A DNA stretch of 64,000 bases. Source: an uncultured virus (IMG/VR IMGVR_UViG_3300032668_000010). Its lineage: Duplodnaviria; Heunggongvirae; Uroviricota; Caudoviricetes. Location of the stretch: the IMG/VR virus record IMGVR_UViG_3300032668_000010; one strand, 5' to 3'. Position 1 is the first letter of the stretch. Every line of letters starts with the position of its first letter. A program made the position numbers and the translations under genes. Positions 18,627 through 27,196 of the stretch are shown here, one piece after another. The notes below the pieces were generated by a model. The model did not search any database. It had not been told where the DNA came from and saw only the letters and a list, made by a program, of their open reading frames with translations.

Positions 18627-20123
18627 TTATATAGCATTATGGGAATTAATGGTCAACTTACGCACAAACCCATATACACTATAGGCTATAAACACACCAA
18701 TGATCACCAGCATTGTAGCACTAATCGGACTGGTCCAAAATGGGCTAAAATCTCCTCTTGATATTGTCATTTCTCTGCGGAAGTTTTCTTCCAACATAGG
18801 GCCCAGAATAAAGCCCAGCATTAAGGGTGCAGCCTCCATACCCAACTTCAGGAACGTATATCCGATTATACCAAAGACTACCGTGGTATATATATCTTCA
18901 ATATTGTTGTTGGTACTGTAGGTGCCGAGACAACAAAAGAATAAAATACACGGGAATAGTACTGCATACGGAATCTTGAATACTGTTAACCAAAGTCTAA
19001 CCATTGGTACATTCAAGATAAGCAAGAATACATTGCCAATCCACATACTTGCAATTAGTCCCCAAAATACGTCTGGGTGCCTGTCAATCATCTGCGGGCC
19101 CGGAGTAATACCTTTGATCATTAACGCACCTAGTATCAGAGCCATAACAGCATTTTCTGGGATACCTATTGACATCAGGGGAATAAAACTTGTACGAGCC
19201 GCGGCTTCATCAGCGGCCGCCTGTCCGGCTACTCCTTCAATGGCTCCGGTTCCTATTTCATCTCTATACTTGCTGAACTTTTTATCTATGGCATAAGCAC
19301 CGTATTGAGCAATAGTAGGACCGCCGCCAGGTAACAGGCCCAAGAAACTACCCACAATACTACCACGCAGGGCCGACGGAATAATACGTTTAAATTCGGC
19401 CCAAGTCGGCATTAATTTAATATTGCCAGTAAAAGGTGTACGCTCATCTCGTTTATCTAAGTTGCTGACAATTTCTGCAAGCCCAAAGCAACCAATGGCA
19501 ATACTAACTATTCCCACACCGTCCATCAAAAAAGGAAATCCCATTGTATAACGTGTAACACCACTATTGACGTCAGTACCAATCATGCCCAGCAGTACTC
19601 CGATACACACCATGCCCAGACCATTGACCAAACTACCAGTGGTAATTAAACTGACGCAGACAAATCCTAGCAACATTAACATTACATATTCTGTAGGACC
19701 AAACAGGAATGCCACATCGCCTAGCATAGGAGCAAACGCCACAACAATAACAGCCGACACAGTTCCACCAATAAAACTACTGACACCTGCTGTAAACAGG
19801 GCAAGACCGGTGCGTCCTTGTAGGTGCATTTGATATCCGTCAATGCAGGCAACAATACTACTGGCATGCGGAATCTTCATGGTAATAGCACTTACACTAT
19901 CTCCGTATTGTGCGCCATAGTAAATACCTGCCAACATAATAATAGCACCGGTTGTTGGCATTGCATAAGTCAATGGTAACAATAAACTAATGGTAGCAAT
20001 CGGGCCCAGGCCGGGTAATAATCCGATCAAGGTTCCCACAAAGCACCCAATGGCGCAGTACATTAAATTTTGTACAGTAAATGCTGTGTCAAATCCCGAT
20101 GCAAGGTGTGCAAGTATATCCAT
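18627..20123 (-). CDS. tctA: Tripartite tricarboxylate transporter large permease TctA
   Basis: GTLIGLLPGLG, GIYYGAQYG, GLLPGGG, PGP, LGFILGPMLEENFRR. Confidence 0.95.
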   Translation of the reverse strand: MDILAHLASGFDTAFTVQNLMYCAIGCFVGTLIGLLPGLGPIATISLLLPLTYAMPTTGAIIMLAGIYYGAQYGDSVSAITMKIPHASSIVACIDGYQMHLQGRTGLALFTAGVSSFIGGTVSAVIVVAFAPMLGDVAFLFGPTEYVMLMLLGFVCVSLITTGSLVNGLGMVCIGVLLGMIGTDVNSGVTRYTMGFPFLMDGVGIVSIAIGCFGLAEIVSNLDKRDERTPFTGNIKLMPTWAEFKRIIPSALRGSIVGSFLGLLPGGGPTIAQYGAYAIDKKFSKYRDEIGTGAIEGVAGQAAADEAAARTSFIPLMSIGIPENAVMALILGALMIKGITPGPQMIDRHPDVFWGLIASMWIGNVFLLILNVPMVRLWLTVFKIPYAVLFPCILFFCCLGTYSTNNNIEDIYTTVVFGIIGYTFLKLGMEAAPLMLGFILGPMLEENFRREMTISRGDFSPFWTSPISATMLVIIGVFIAYSVYGFVRKLTINSHNAI

Positions 20124-20551
20124 TATAGTGGTAAATTTAATCCAAGTAAATATTTGAATGCAAGTGTAATCAATACCAGCCCTATAGTAATTTTAATAAC
20201 TCTTGCAATAGAGTAAGTTGATGCAGCAGTCGATGCAACTGAAGCAAGTATTACAATACCTAAGATCATGCCGCAGTATTCAGTAGCTACAGCAAACCCA
20301 AGTAGTGCCAGGGAAATAATAATAATGTTTCTAAATTTAAAATCAACCGGTACTGCATCTATCAAGCGACTTTTAATAATGATAATCAGTCCTAGTACAA
20401 GTAAGAATACACTGACTGCAATAGGAAACAGTCCTGCGCCCGGATCGGCAAAGTTGCCAACAGTATATCTAAATCCATTGAGGCCAAACACAATAGAAAA
20501 CACAATGAACAGTATACCAGTTAATAAGTTTTTATTCATTGTTCTATCCAC
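20123..20551 (-). CDS. tctB: TTT small permease TctB
   Basis: PGAGLFP; 4-5 TM segments; ends FKYLLGLNLP; coupled to tctA. Confidence 0.85.
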   Translation of the reverse strand: MDRTMNKNLLTGILFIVFSIVFGLNGFRYTVGNFADPGAGLFPIAVSVFLLVLGLIIIIKSRLIDAVPVDFKFRNIIIISLALLGFAVATEYCGMILGIVILASVASTAASTYSIARVIKITIGLVLITLAFKYLLGLNLPL

Positions 20552-20781
20552 CCTTTAATTATTTCCATTGCTTTGACATTGTTGGTTTCATAGTATAATC
20601 TAACACTTTGTTGTTTACCTAAATCTCCATCATTGTTCCAGATCTTATCTACTTCGTTAAAGTAGTTTAGGAAGCCTTGTCCTAGTCTATAGTCTGGACT
20701 TTTAAGTAATTGCCAAGCATAGTGCTCCTCAAATTCCGCCCACCGTTCTTTGGAGATTCGGTATTGATTTGGATTTGTCAT
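20536..20781 (-). CDS. Hypothetical protein
   Basis: YRLGQGFLNYF; coupled ORF. Confidence 0.55.
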   Translation of the reverse strand: MTNPNQYRISKERWAEFEEHYAWQLLKSPDYRLGQGFLNYFNEVDKIWNNDGDLGKQQSVRLYYETNNVKAMEIIKGWIEQ

Positions 20782-20999
20782 GAATACTTTAAGCAGAATA
20801 AACTTACTGCTGGATTTTCGGGATCATAAAATCGCATTTCGATTGCTTCGTGCTTGGATGTATAATTGCAGTCGTAGTCACGTCGTTCTATTAGTCCGTG
20901 TTCTTTAAGTTCTTCTTTAATACGTAGGGTTTTAACGGCCCACATTTCTGTGCCACGTTCGTGTCTATCGTGTGGTATTCTAATTATCTTCATATCCAT
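20778..20999 (-). CDS. FxL(K/R)W-family small protein
   Basis: RFYDPENPAVSLFCLKYS. Confidence 0.7.
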   Translation of the reverse strand: MDMKIIRIPHDRHERGTEMWAVKTLRIKEELKEHGLIERRDYDCNYTSKHEAIEMRFYDPENPAVSLFCLKYS

Positions 21000-21238
21000 T
21001 TCAACCTAAACATGATCGCATCTGCTTCATCCATGTAGTATAGCGTATTATTGTGATAAAAGCAATTGGGCAAAGTTTCTTCACACCATATTTTTATTTT
21101 AGTTTGCGTGTATACCCAATCTGCTGGACCATAAACTTTCTTATAGTCATAATATTTCAGTTCTATTAGAAACTCGGCATCTAAGGAATCGGCCATTTGT
21201 TGAGCTAAATCATTTGCGATTGCATCTTCTAAGTTCAT
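20990..21238 (-). CDS. FxL(K/R)W-family small protein
   Basis: YMDEADAIMFRLKWI. Confidence 0.75.
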   Translation of the reverse strand: MNLEDAIANDLAQQMADSLDAEFLIELKYYDYKKVYGPADWVYTQTKIKIWCEETLPNCFYHNNTLYYMDEADAIMFRLKWI

Positions 21239-21453
21239 AGGTACTTTAATGTAAAAGAAGTTGCATCTGCAGGATTGTAAAATTCAAATTCTACACTGGG
21301 TAATCGTAGTTCGTGGGTTTCCCAACTGTACCCTCCCTGTAAGAATCTATAACTAAAATCTGCGTGTTGACGCAAAGTTTGCCTGGGTTCTTGCACTATT
21401 TCTATAGCACGGTTAGCATTAGTATTTTCTAGCACAATTATAGTCATAACCAT
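21235..21453 (-). CDS. FxL(K/R)W-family small protein
   Basis: FYNPADATSFTLKYL. Confidence 0.75.
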   Translation of the reverse strand: MVMTIIVLENTNANRAIEIVQEPRQTLRQHADFSYRFLQGGYSWETHELRLPSVEFEFYNPADATSFTLKYL

Positions 21454-21680
21454 TTCAACTTGAAGTGCGTAGCATCTGCAGGCTGTTCAAATCTAAAACA
21501 AAATCCTTCAGTGCTGTTAAATCCGTGTAAGTGATATCGCCCGCCTTCGGCTGTTTCGATCCAGTTGAGTATTTCCCTAATAGGATACCTAGGACCATCA
21601 AATACATCTCGCCATAGTATTATAACTTCTTCCCAACTAGTGTGCGGGCCATTAATATGCTCAAACGGTATTTGTATCAT
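21444..21680 (-). CDS. FxL(K/R)W-family small protein
   Basis: FEQPADATHFKLKWL. Confidence 0.75.
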   Translation of the reverse strand: MIQIPFEHINGPHTSWEEVIILWRDVFDGPRYPIREILNWIETAEGGRYHLHGFNSTEGFCFRFEQPADATHFKLKWL

Positions 21681-21922
21681 TTAAACTTCAAGGTAAAGGC
21701 TGTTGCATCCGGTTCGTCAATAAACCAAAATGCCGCTATATAATCGTGTTGGTAGCTTGCATCTGAAGTATCTAACAATTCTGACCACATTAAACTTAAA
21801 TCATTTTCCCTACACCATTTCTTCATTTTCCACATTACGGTTTTAGGGTCAGCAATTACGACTTGATGGCATCGATCAAGTACAGCTTGCGGAGGAGTTA
21901 GGTCAACATTGTTTACATACAT
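21677..21922 (-). CDS. FxL(K/R)W-family small protein
   Basis: FIDEPDATAFTLKFK. Confidence 0.75.
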   Translation of the reverse strand: MYVNNVDLTPPQAVLDRCHQVVIADPKTVMWKMKKWCRENDLSLMWSELLDTSDASYQHDYIAAFWFIDEPDATAFTLKFK

Positions 21923-22212
21923 TATGTGTATTTCAACTTATAAAATGTGTACTTGGCTTCGTCTATAATTTCAAATGTTTGCCCAATCATGTTATCAGGA
22001 CGGTGTATACGAAATCCGTATGTTTCTTCTAACCATGTAGCGAATCCTTCTAATTCAAACTTCAGCCCTTCTGCTATACGTATATTATCGTATTCAGCCT
22101 TGGCTATCTGTAATGAACGCCAATGGTCATACTTCTCAGCTGAATCTGCTCTAGGGATTAAAGAATCTATCCGAGCTTCAAAATCTGAATATAAGTGATT
22201 GTTATTTGCCAT
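21922..22212 (-). CDS. FxL(K/R)W-family small protein
   Basis: IIDEAKYTFYKLKYT. Confidence 0.7.
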   Translation of the reverse strand: MANNNHLYSDFEARIDSLIPRADSAEKYDHWRSLQIAKAEYDNIRIAEGLKFELEGFATWLEETYGFRIHRPDNMIGQTFEIIDEAKYTFYKLKYT

Positions 22213-22408
22213 CTACATTATCCAATACTGATTTAGCATACCAGCCCATGCGGCCTTCTGGGTCCATGCGTTGTATATCTTCCAGGCCTGTTCTCATGAG
22301 TTCGTTTTGTTCTTGTAGGGTGTATATACGATTGCGTAGGTTGCCAGCTTGCATCCATGACATAAGCATAGATACAAACTTACCGGCTATAGCTGACCAA
22401 TCAATCAA
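22202..22408 (-). CDS. Hypothetical protein
   Basis: Coupled ORF in array. Confidence 0.55.
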   Translation of the reverse strand: MIDWSAIAGKFVSMLMSWMQAGNLRNRIYTLQEQNELMRTGLEDIQRMDPEGRMGWYAKSVLDNVDGK

Positions 22409-22686
22409 TATTCATTCCTTAATATATCAAATGCATTGCCGTATTCGTATCGGTTGTATTTCATTACCGGAAACTTGCTGTCTGATTGCCACCGGCGATA
22501 GACAGTCTTACACCATTGCCAATTGCCGTGTATATCCCGAACAGGCCGCCAGGCAAACCACCGCTCCCATTTTGGCATTGCAGTTTTAACATCGTGTTCG
22601 GGAACTATTCTCCAGTTGACGCCATCGTACATTTCCCAGTTATTAGTAGATGGGTTATAGCGTAATTTTCCAGCTTCTACAGTCAT
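22405..22686 (-). CDS. Trp-rich small protein
   Basis: WERWFAWRPV...W.W...YG..FD.L. Confidence 0.65.
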   Translation of the reverse strand: MTVEAGKLRYNPSTNNWEMYDGVNWRIVPEHDVKTAMPKWERWFAWRPVRDIHGNWQWCKTVYRRWQSDSKFPVMKYNRYEYGNAFDILRNEY

Positions 22687-22952
22687 CTATCGTCCTTCAA
22701 CCTATCAAAGTTGTCACCGTAGTATCTATGTACTCCACCTGGGCCAAAGCGTTCTGTGTACCAAATCCACTCACGCCAATACCAACGACCATTTATACAT
22801 CTGGGTAGTATAGAACAGAAATGTTTGTGCCATATGGCTTTATCTCCACTAATTCTACTCATCTCTTTCCTAACTTGAATATCATCTAGTTGCCAAAGTA
22901 CGTGTTGTTGGTTGTATTCCTCTGCATCAAATTTATAATCTTCTATGTCCAT
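22683..22952 (-). CDS. Trp-rich small protein (paralogue of 22405-22686)
   Basis: WHKHF..LP...GRWYW...YGDNFDRL. Confidence 0.6.
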   Translation of the reverse strand: MDIEDYKFDAEEYNQQHVLWQLDDIQVRKEMSRISGDKAIWHKHFCSILPRCINGRWYWREWIWYTERFGPGGVHRYYGDNFDRLKDDR

Positions 22953-23191
22953 TACTTAAACCTTAGTCTAAACATTATAGCATCTTGCTCGTTAGCAAAC
23001 CAATAACAATCTTCATGCGGGCCTTCCACAACCACTGCCATGGCAATATCCGGGAAATCTCTCCACCAAGCGGCATTCCATTGCCCGATATGCTCTAAAC
23101 ACCAAGGCTCGCAGTCTGAGTAATGACTGTAGGTTTTTACAGGCACGGTCAGTACAGGATTACGATCTATAGCCACCTCAGCATAAACCAA
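22952..23191 (-). CDS. FxL(K/R)W-family small protein
   Basis: WFANEQDAIMFRLRFK. Confidence 0.75.
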   Translation of the reverse strand: MVYAEVAIDRNPVLTVPVKTYSHYSDCEPWCLEHIGQWNAAWWRDFPDIAMAVVVEGPHEDCYWFANEQDAIMFRLRFK

Positions 23192-23391
23192 GTGTAGTCT
23201 TCGTCGCGATCAAATATATAATAAATTTCGCTACAATCGCTGTTGGAATCTGGCCTGCATCGAAACGCTTCGCGCCACCGCTGAGCATACTGGTTTGGCC
23301 GTTCTAAATGCTCAATCGGCAAGGTACGCTTGGCATTCCAAAACGCACGATTAAATGTATCGTCTAGCACATTAACTCGAATCATCCCCAC
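23167..23391 (-). CDS. FxL(K/R)W-family small protein
   Basis: IFDRDEDYTWFMLRWL. Confidence 0.75.
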   Translation of the reverse strand: MGMIRVNVLDDTFNRAFWNAKRTLPIEHLERPNQYAQRWREAFRCRPDSNSDCSEIYYIFDRDEDYTWFMLRWL

Positions 23392-23687
23392 CTTAGTAAA
23401 AACATAGTACGATCTTGTTCCGTATTAAAATGTACAACCATACCCCGTTGTGTTATAGCACCATTACTTGCCTCAATCCATTGATCAATCTCTTTTTGAT
23501 TTATATGCCACCAAGCATAATCTTCAATGATTAACAATAAGTCTCGGTCAATTGGAGACGTAGCAGGAATAAACTTGCCGCCTGTTTGTATTTGTATAAC
23601 ACCGTTAAGGAAGGTTAGTTCCTGTCCATTGTGTTCTACAGTAACTTGCTCGAGCGTTGGCGTCAGTTGTTTATAGATCTTTTTCAT
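23382..23687 (-). CDS. FxL(K/R)W-family small protein
   Basis: HFNTEQDRTMFLLRWG. Confidence 0.75.
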   Translation of the reverse strand: MKKIYKQLTPTLEQVTVEHNGQELTFLNGVIQIQTGGKFIPATSPIDRDLLLIIEDYAWWHINQKEIDQWIEASNGAITQRGMVVHFNTEQDRTMFLLRWG

Positions 23688-24045
23688 ATATTAGTGTAAT
23701 ACGATTAAGTGCTTGTCTAGGAGTAGTATGTCTTGTTTGTACATAGATCTGCCCGTCGGGGAAATCGTACGTTAGCATCCAATTAAAATAACGCTTATCG
23801 TATATATGTCCTTCTTTGTACATTAAAGTTTCTACTAAGTTGGGTAATGTACGTTCTTCTGGATATATACCATCGGGACGTTTAATACGCTCAATTAAGA
23901 TTTCCTCTTGTAATTCTCTGTAGGTTAGGGGCTCTACTACAATCTCTGTCCACAAGGGATTCTTACGTTCTCGATTTAGGACCGCAATCATGTCCTTGTC
24001 CCGCATAATAAGTTTTACTTTCATAGCGTCTCTATATCCTTGCAA
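23671..24045 (-). CDS. Hypothetical protein
   Basis: Coupled ORF; likely start MKVKLI. Confidence 0.5.
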   Translation of the reverse strand: MQGYRDAMKVKLIMRDKDMIAVLNRERKNPLWTEIVVEPLTYRELQEEILIERIKRPDGIYPEERTLPNLVETLMYKEGHIYDKRYFNWMLTYDFPDGQIYVQTRHTTPRQALNRITLIYEKDL

Positions 24046-24299
24046 ATAAGTTTAAGCCATACGAGTTCTCGTTCATCAACTTTGCCCCAACTAAGATCAG
24101 TGTGCGGACCTTTAACTAGGCAAACACCATTGGCATTTTCCATCCATACTCTAGTACTGTGCTTTACGGCTTCATCGTGCCAGACTGGATTGAACATACC
24201 AGTCTTACCTGGATGCACGTCAAACTGTGCCAAGTAACGGCAGGTAGTACGTCCAAACATTTTAACATCTTGTTTGAGTTCGTAATAGTAATTGATCAT
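24021..24299 (-). CDS. Hypothetical protein (possible divergent family member)
   Basis: DERELVWLKL. Confidence 0.55.
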   Translation of the reverse strand: MINYYYELKQDVKMFGRTTCRYLAQFDVHPGKTGMFNPVWHDEAVKHSTRVWMENANGVCLVKGPHTDLSWGKVDERELVWLKLICKDIETL

Positions 24300-24300
24300 A

Positions 24301-24498
24301 TTACCAATCTGTTTTTAAGCGGCGACTTTGCCCATGATTACAGTCAGCACAATACCGATGCTGGTATGCATATAAGTTACTGGCTTTCTTTTCAATCGCA
24401 GACCATTTAAGCCAACGGTGTAAGCCAACACGACATTGCCAACGTTCTACAATAGGCTCTTGATCTTTTAATGTTCTAAATGTATTTTCTTTATTCAT
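24301..24498 (-). CDS. Small Cys/His protein
   Basis: CRVGLHRWLKW...CADC. Confidence 0.55.
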   Translation of the reverse strand: MNKENTFRTLKDQEPIVERWQCRVGLHRWLKWSAIEKKASNLYAYQHRYCADCNHGQSRRLKTDW

Positions 24499-24500
24499 TG

Positions 24501-24818
24501 TTAAAACCCATGCCCGTCAACATATCCAATCATTTGTTGGCTTCCATCTTCCCAACGCTCAACTCTCATTAGTATTAATTGTCCTGTACCGCCATATTTT
24601 AATTTTAACATAGCTTCTTGGTCATCGTCAATGGTATCTACAAAAACCTGCCCGGGACCGCTAAAGACCTGTATAGGACGACCTTCTTCAAATAAGTTTT
24701 GAAACTCGTACTTAGTTTCAAGTGCATGACAGCACCCACGCAACCACTCAACGTCTGCTTCGTCAATATGATCTTTTTCAATGCGCCAACGCTTTAGAGT
24801 CATTTCCATCATAGCCAA
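24501..24818 (-). CDS. FxL(K/R)W-family small protein (extended)
   Basis: DDDQEAMLKLKYG. Confidence 0.6.
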   Translation of the reverse strand: MAMMEMTLKRWRIEKDHIDEADVEWLRGCCHALETKYEFQNLFEEGRPIQVFSGPGQVFVDTIDDDQEAMLKLKYGGTGQLILMRVERWEDGSQQMIGYVDGHGF

Positions 24819-25000
24819 TATAATGCAAACAAGCTCGCATCCTCTTCTCGTTCAAACTGCATAAACTGTGTGCCAAAGGCAAATCGCTGATACCAACGAT
24901 CAGGATCCATTTCGCCGAACTGATCCCAACACCATTGGGCAATATCACGGTGCTTGTGATAATATTCAGTGCGATCTAATGTAAATTCAATCATAGCCAT
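24809..25000 (-). CDS. FxL(K/R)W-family small protein
   Basis: QFEREEDASLFALYWL. Confidence 0.75.
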   Translation of the reverse strand: MAMIEFTLDRTEYYHKHRDIAQWCWDQFGEMDPDRWYQRFAFGTQFMQFEREEDASLFALYWL

Positions 25001-25224
25001 TTTAATCTAAACATTGTTTCTGCGGCATCGCTATAAAAGTCCAAGTGTATTTCACGTATTACATTATAGTAAATACCAAACTTGTCCTCTTTGTAGGTAT
25101 GCTCTCTAGCAGTAAAGCCCAACTCACGCCGCATTTTATCTCTTAATAAGACCATGCTACGACCGTGTTCGGCTATAATACTGTCCTGTACAATCCGCCA
25201 TTCTTGTAATGAAAGTATAATCAC
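24991..25224 (-). CDS. FxL(K/R)W-family small protein
   Basis: DFYSDAAETMFRLKWL. Confidence 0.75.
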   Translation of the reverse strand: MIILSLQEWRIVQDSIIAEHGRSMVLLRDKMRRELGFTAREHTYKEDKFGIYYNVIREIHLDFYSDAAETMFRLKWL

Positions 25225-25475
25225 GATTTAATACCCAAGTACTTTAAGTTATAGAATGTTAATGCCTCGCCTGTAAGGGGTGCGTAGATACGAATCTTAA
25301 ATCCCCATGTAACAGGATCCGAATCGACGAAAAATACCAAATCGTCGCACTTTGATTTTAACCATTTGGCTTCTTCGCTCTGTTCCCATTGGTATATAGG
25401 TTCTGCTGCATACAGGTAAGGGTCTTCACAATCGCCCATTCTTATTTCTTTTACTAAGGTCCCCCTAGAGTCCAT
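25221..25475 (-). CDS. FxL(K/R)W-family small protein
   Basis: GEALTFYNLKYL. Confidence 0.65.
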   Translation of the reverse strand: MDSRGTLVKEIRMGDCEDPYLYAAEPIYQWEQSEEAKWLKSKCDDLVFFVDSDPVTWGFKIRIYAPLTGEALTFYNLKYLGIKS

Positions 25476-25722
25476 TAATTAATCCCCCAACAAATTCTGC
25501 TGTATATTCTTCCCGGTACCGACGATGGCCACCAGTCTTTAACTGAAACATAAGCGCATCATGTTCATCTGTGAATGTAAAGTCCATCCAATCGTGTGTG
25601 GGATGAAAGGATACTCGATCTCCTGGTAATCCGTAAGTTTCTACAGTCCAAGCAAGTAGTTCATTCCATGCGTGTTTATGATTTGCTGGATCTGCCCAAG
25701 GTACTCTAATCGTTACGCTCAT
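25465..25722 (-). CDS. FxL(K/R)W-family small protein
   Basis: FTFTDEHDALMFQLKTG. Confidence 0.7.
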   Translation of the reverse strand: MSVTIRVPWADPANHKHAWNELLAWTVETYGLPGDRVSFHPTHDWMDFTFTDEHDALMFQLKTGGHRRYREEYTAEFVGGLINGL

Positions 25723-25918
25723 TCTTTGCTTTCAACATGCGCCAAGCTCTTGGCTCTAAATGTTTGCACTCCCAAAATAACTTCTTCTTAACGCGACTAT
25801 ATCTAACGTAAACATGCCAGCGATCTAAACTCAATACAAATCCTACACTACGATCACCTGGGCGCCAAATGCTCAGTCCAGGTTTAACAGGAGCACCTTC
25901 GTCTCTCCACTGTATCAT
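25706..25918 (-). CDS. Hypothetical protein
   Basis: Coupled ORF. Confidence 0.5.
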   Translation of the reverse strand: MIQWRDEGAPVKPGLSIWRPGDRSVGFVLSLDRWHVYVRYSRVKKKLFWECKHLEPRAWRMLKAKNERND

Positions 25919-26172
25919 GAGAATTTTAATAATGCTGTTGTGTACATTTGCTCTGCATCCTTACGATTGCTGTACTTCCAATGTGATCCCCAACGACCAC
26001 CTTTGTTGCGTAAGGGATCAAAGAAATTACGAATTTCGTGTTCAACTTCGTGTTCCAGTGTCCACGCCTCGCAACGAACTTCATACCACTTCTTATCTTT
26101 TTTCTTGCATTGTACAAGGGCAAAGCATCCAACTTGGCTTAGTGTTTTATTCTGATTACTCAATTGGCCCAC
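25915..26172 (-). CDS. FxL(K/R)W-family small protein (divergent)
   Basis: YSNRKDAEQMYTTALLKFS. Confidence 0.55.
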   Translation of the reverse strand: MGQLSNQNKTLSQVGCFALVQCKKKDKKWYEVRCEAWTLEHEVEHEIRNFFDPLRNKGGRWGSHWKYSNRKDAEQMYTTALLKFS

Positions 26173-26360
26173 CTTAATCTAAATAAGGTTTCACTTTCTG
26201 CGTCGGGTAAATAGAACCTCCAGTGATAACTGGGAAAGTCGGTCATGAAGTTCCATTTATCCGATTCAAAATGTTGTCCACACCATCGTATAATTCGCTC
26301 GATCTGTGTTGGGGTTAGTTTAGTTGTATTAAGTACTACGCAATTTGATTTAGGGTCCAT
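26160..26360 (-). CDS. FxL(K/R)W-family small protein (first gene of array)
   Basis: FYLPDAESETLFRLRWAN. Confidence 0.75.
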   Translation of the reverse strand: MDPKSNCVVLNTTKLTPTQIERIIRWCGQHFESDKWNFMTDFPSYHWRFYLPDAESETLFRLRWAN

Positions 26361-26365
26361 ATACT

Positions 26366-26394
26366 ATTATAACATATTGGCAATTAATTGTCAG
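26366..26394 (-). promoter_or_regulatory. sigma70 promoter heading the paralogue array
   Basis: CTGACA-17-TATAAT ending 5 nt before ATG 26360. Confidence 0.65.
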
Positions 26395-26759
26395 GATTTT
26401 TTAAGTACTTCCCACATGGCTTTTTGATCCAACAGTTTCCGTTCAAGTTCTCGGTAACGGTCAGCACAAGCCCTAAGCTCTTCGAATTCTTTTTCAAGCA
26501 CGGGATTTGGTTGTAGCACGGCCAAGCGTTCTGTGATGGTTTTCAAGGTCTCTCGGAGACTCCACCCGTCAAGTTTGATATCCTTATCGGTTATTTCGAT
26601 TTTGGATGCACTTGGTGCCCACGAGGCTGTTGTGGCTGTGGTATAGGAGAGTCCAGCAGACGGGATAGCTGTACCAATGGTTATATTACCATAGGAATGT
26701 CCAGCAAGTCCTGCCCCAGTTACTGGAATTGTTGTTGAATACGTTGGTTGTTTGGCCAT
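26391..26759 (-). CDS. Hypothetical protein with C-terminal coiled coil
   Basis: 122 aa; own promoter and SD. Confidence 0.65.
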   Translation of the reverse strand: MAKQPTYSTTIPVTGAGLAGHSYGNITIGTAIPSAGLSYTTATTASWAPSASKIEITDKDIKLDGWSLRETLKTITERLAVLQPNPVLEKEFEELRACADRYRELERKLLDQKAMWEVLKKS

Positions 26760-26807
26760 AAAAATCCTTATACGGTTAAGTATAAGGATTTTTACTTAAT
26801 AAGTCAA
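26760..26807 (-). promoter_or_regulatory. sigma70 promoter overlapping a 14-bp RBS hairpin
   Basis: TTGACT-17-TATACT; AAAAATCCTTATAC/GTATAAGGATTTTT. Confidence 0.75.
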
Positions 26808-26815
26808 ATGAATAT

Positions 26816-27160
26816 TTAAACGTCTGTTAGTACTGTATGATCTGCTGGACGAGTTAGACTTGGATCGTTTGCATATTGAGCCGCAAATGATCTCCATTCT
26901 GTGTCGTCTTCGATTACGCCGTTAAACACATAAGTAACACCTTCTTTAACTTCACCTTCTGCAGGTGTAATTGGTGTCATTACTACTGTGCCTGCTGTTT
27001 TTGCCGCTTCAAAAATTGCTGCTTGACGAGCAGCAGACGCTTGGAATTTAACAAAATCATCTGCTGATAATGTATCTTTAGCCCAGATGTCTAAAGATAC
27101 CAATGTTGTTACTCCATCAACTACTTTGGTAGCTGTGTAAAAATTTCCTGTTGTTGCCAT
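26816..27160 (-). CDS. Hypothetical late protein
   Basis: ATAAATA at 27191-27197; SD AGGAG. Confidence 0.65.
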   Translation of the reverse strand: MATTGNFYTATKVVDGVTTLVSLDIWAKDTLSADDFVKFQASAARQAAIFEAAKTAGTVVMTPITPAEGEVKEGVTYVFNGVIEDDTEWRSFAAQYANDPSLTRPADHTVLTDV

Positions 27161-27196
27161 GGTTACTCTCCTAAGTATAATACTTTATAATATTTA

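Larger units (their letters stand above)
20778..26360 (-). repeat. Tandem array of about 16 small paralogous genes with C-terminal F..(E/P).DA..FxL(K/R)(W/Y) motif
   Basis: Shared C-terminal motif in most ORFs of this interval; overlapping stop/start codons. Confidence 0.85.

Noticed and set aside
18627..20551. Host chromosome contamination at tctAB
   Set aside because: The genes overlap phage ORFs and a phage promoter repeat; read mapping would be the final test.
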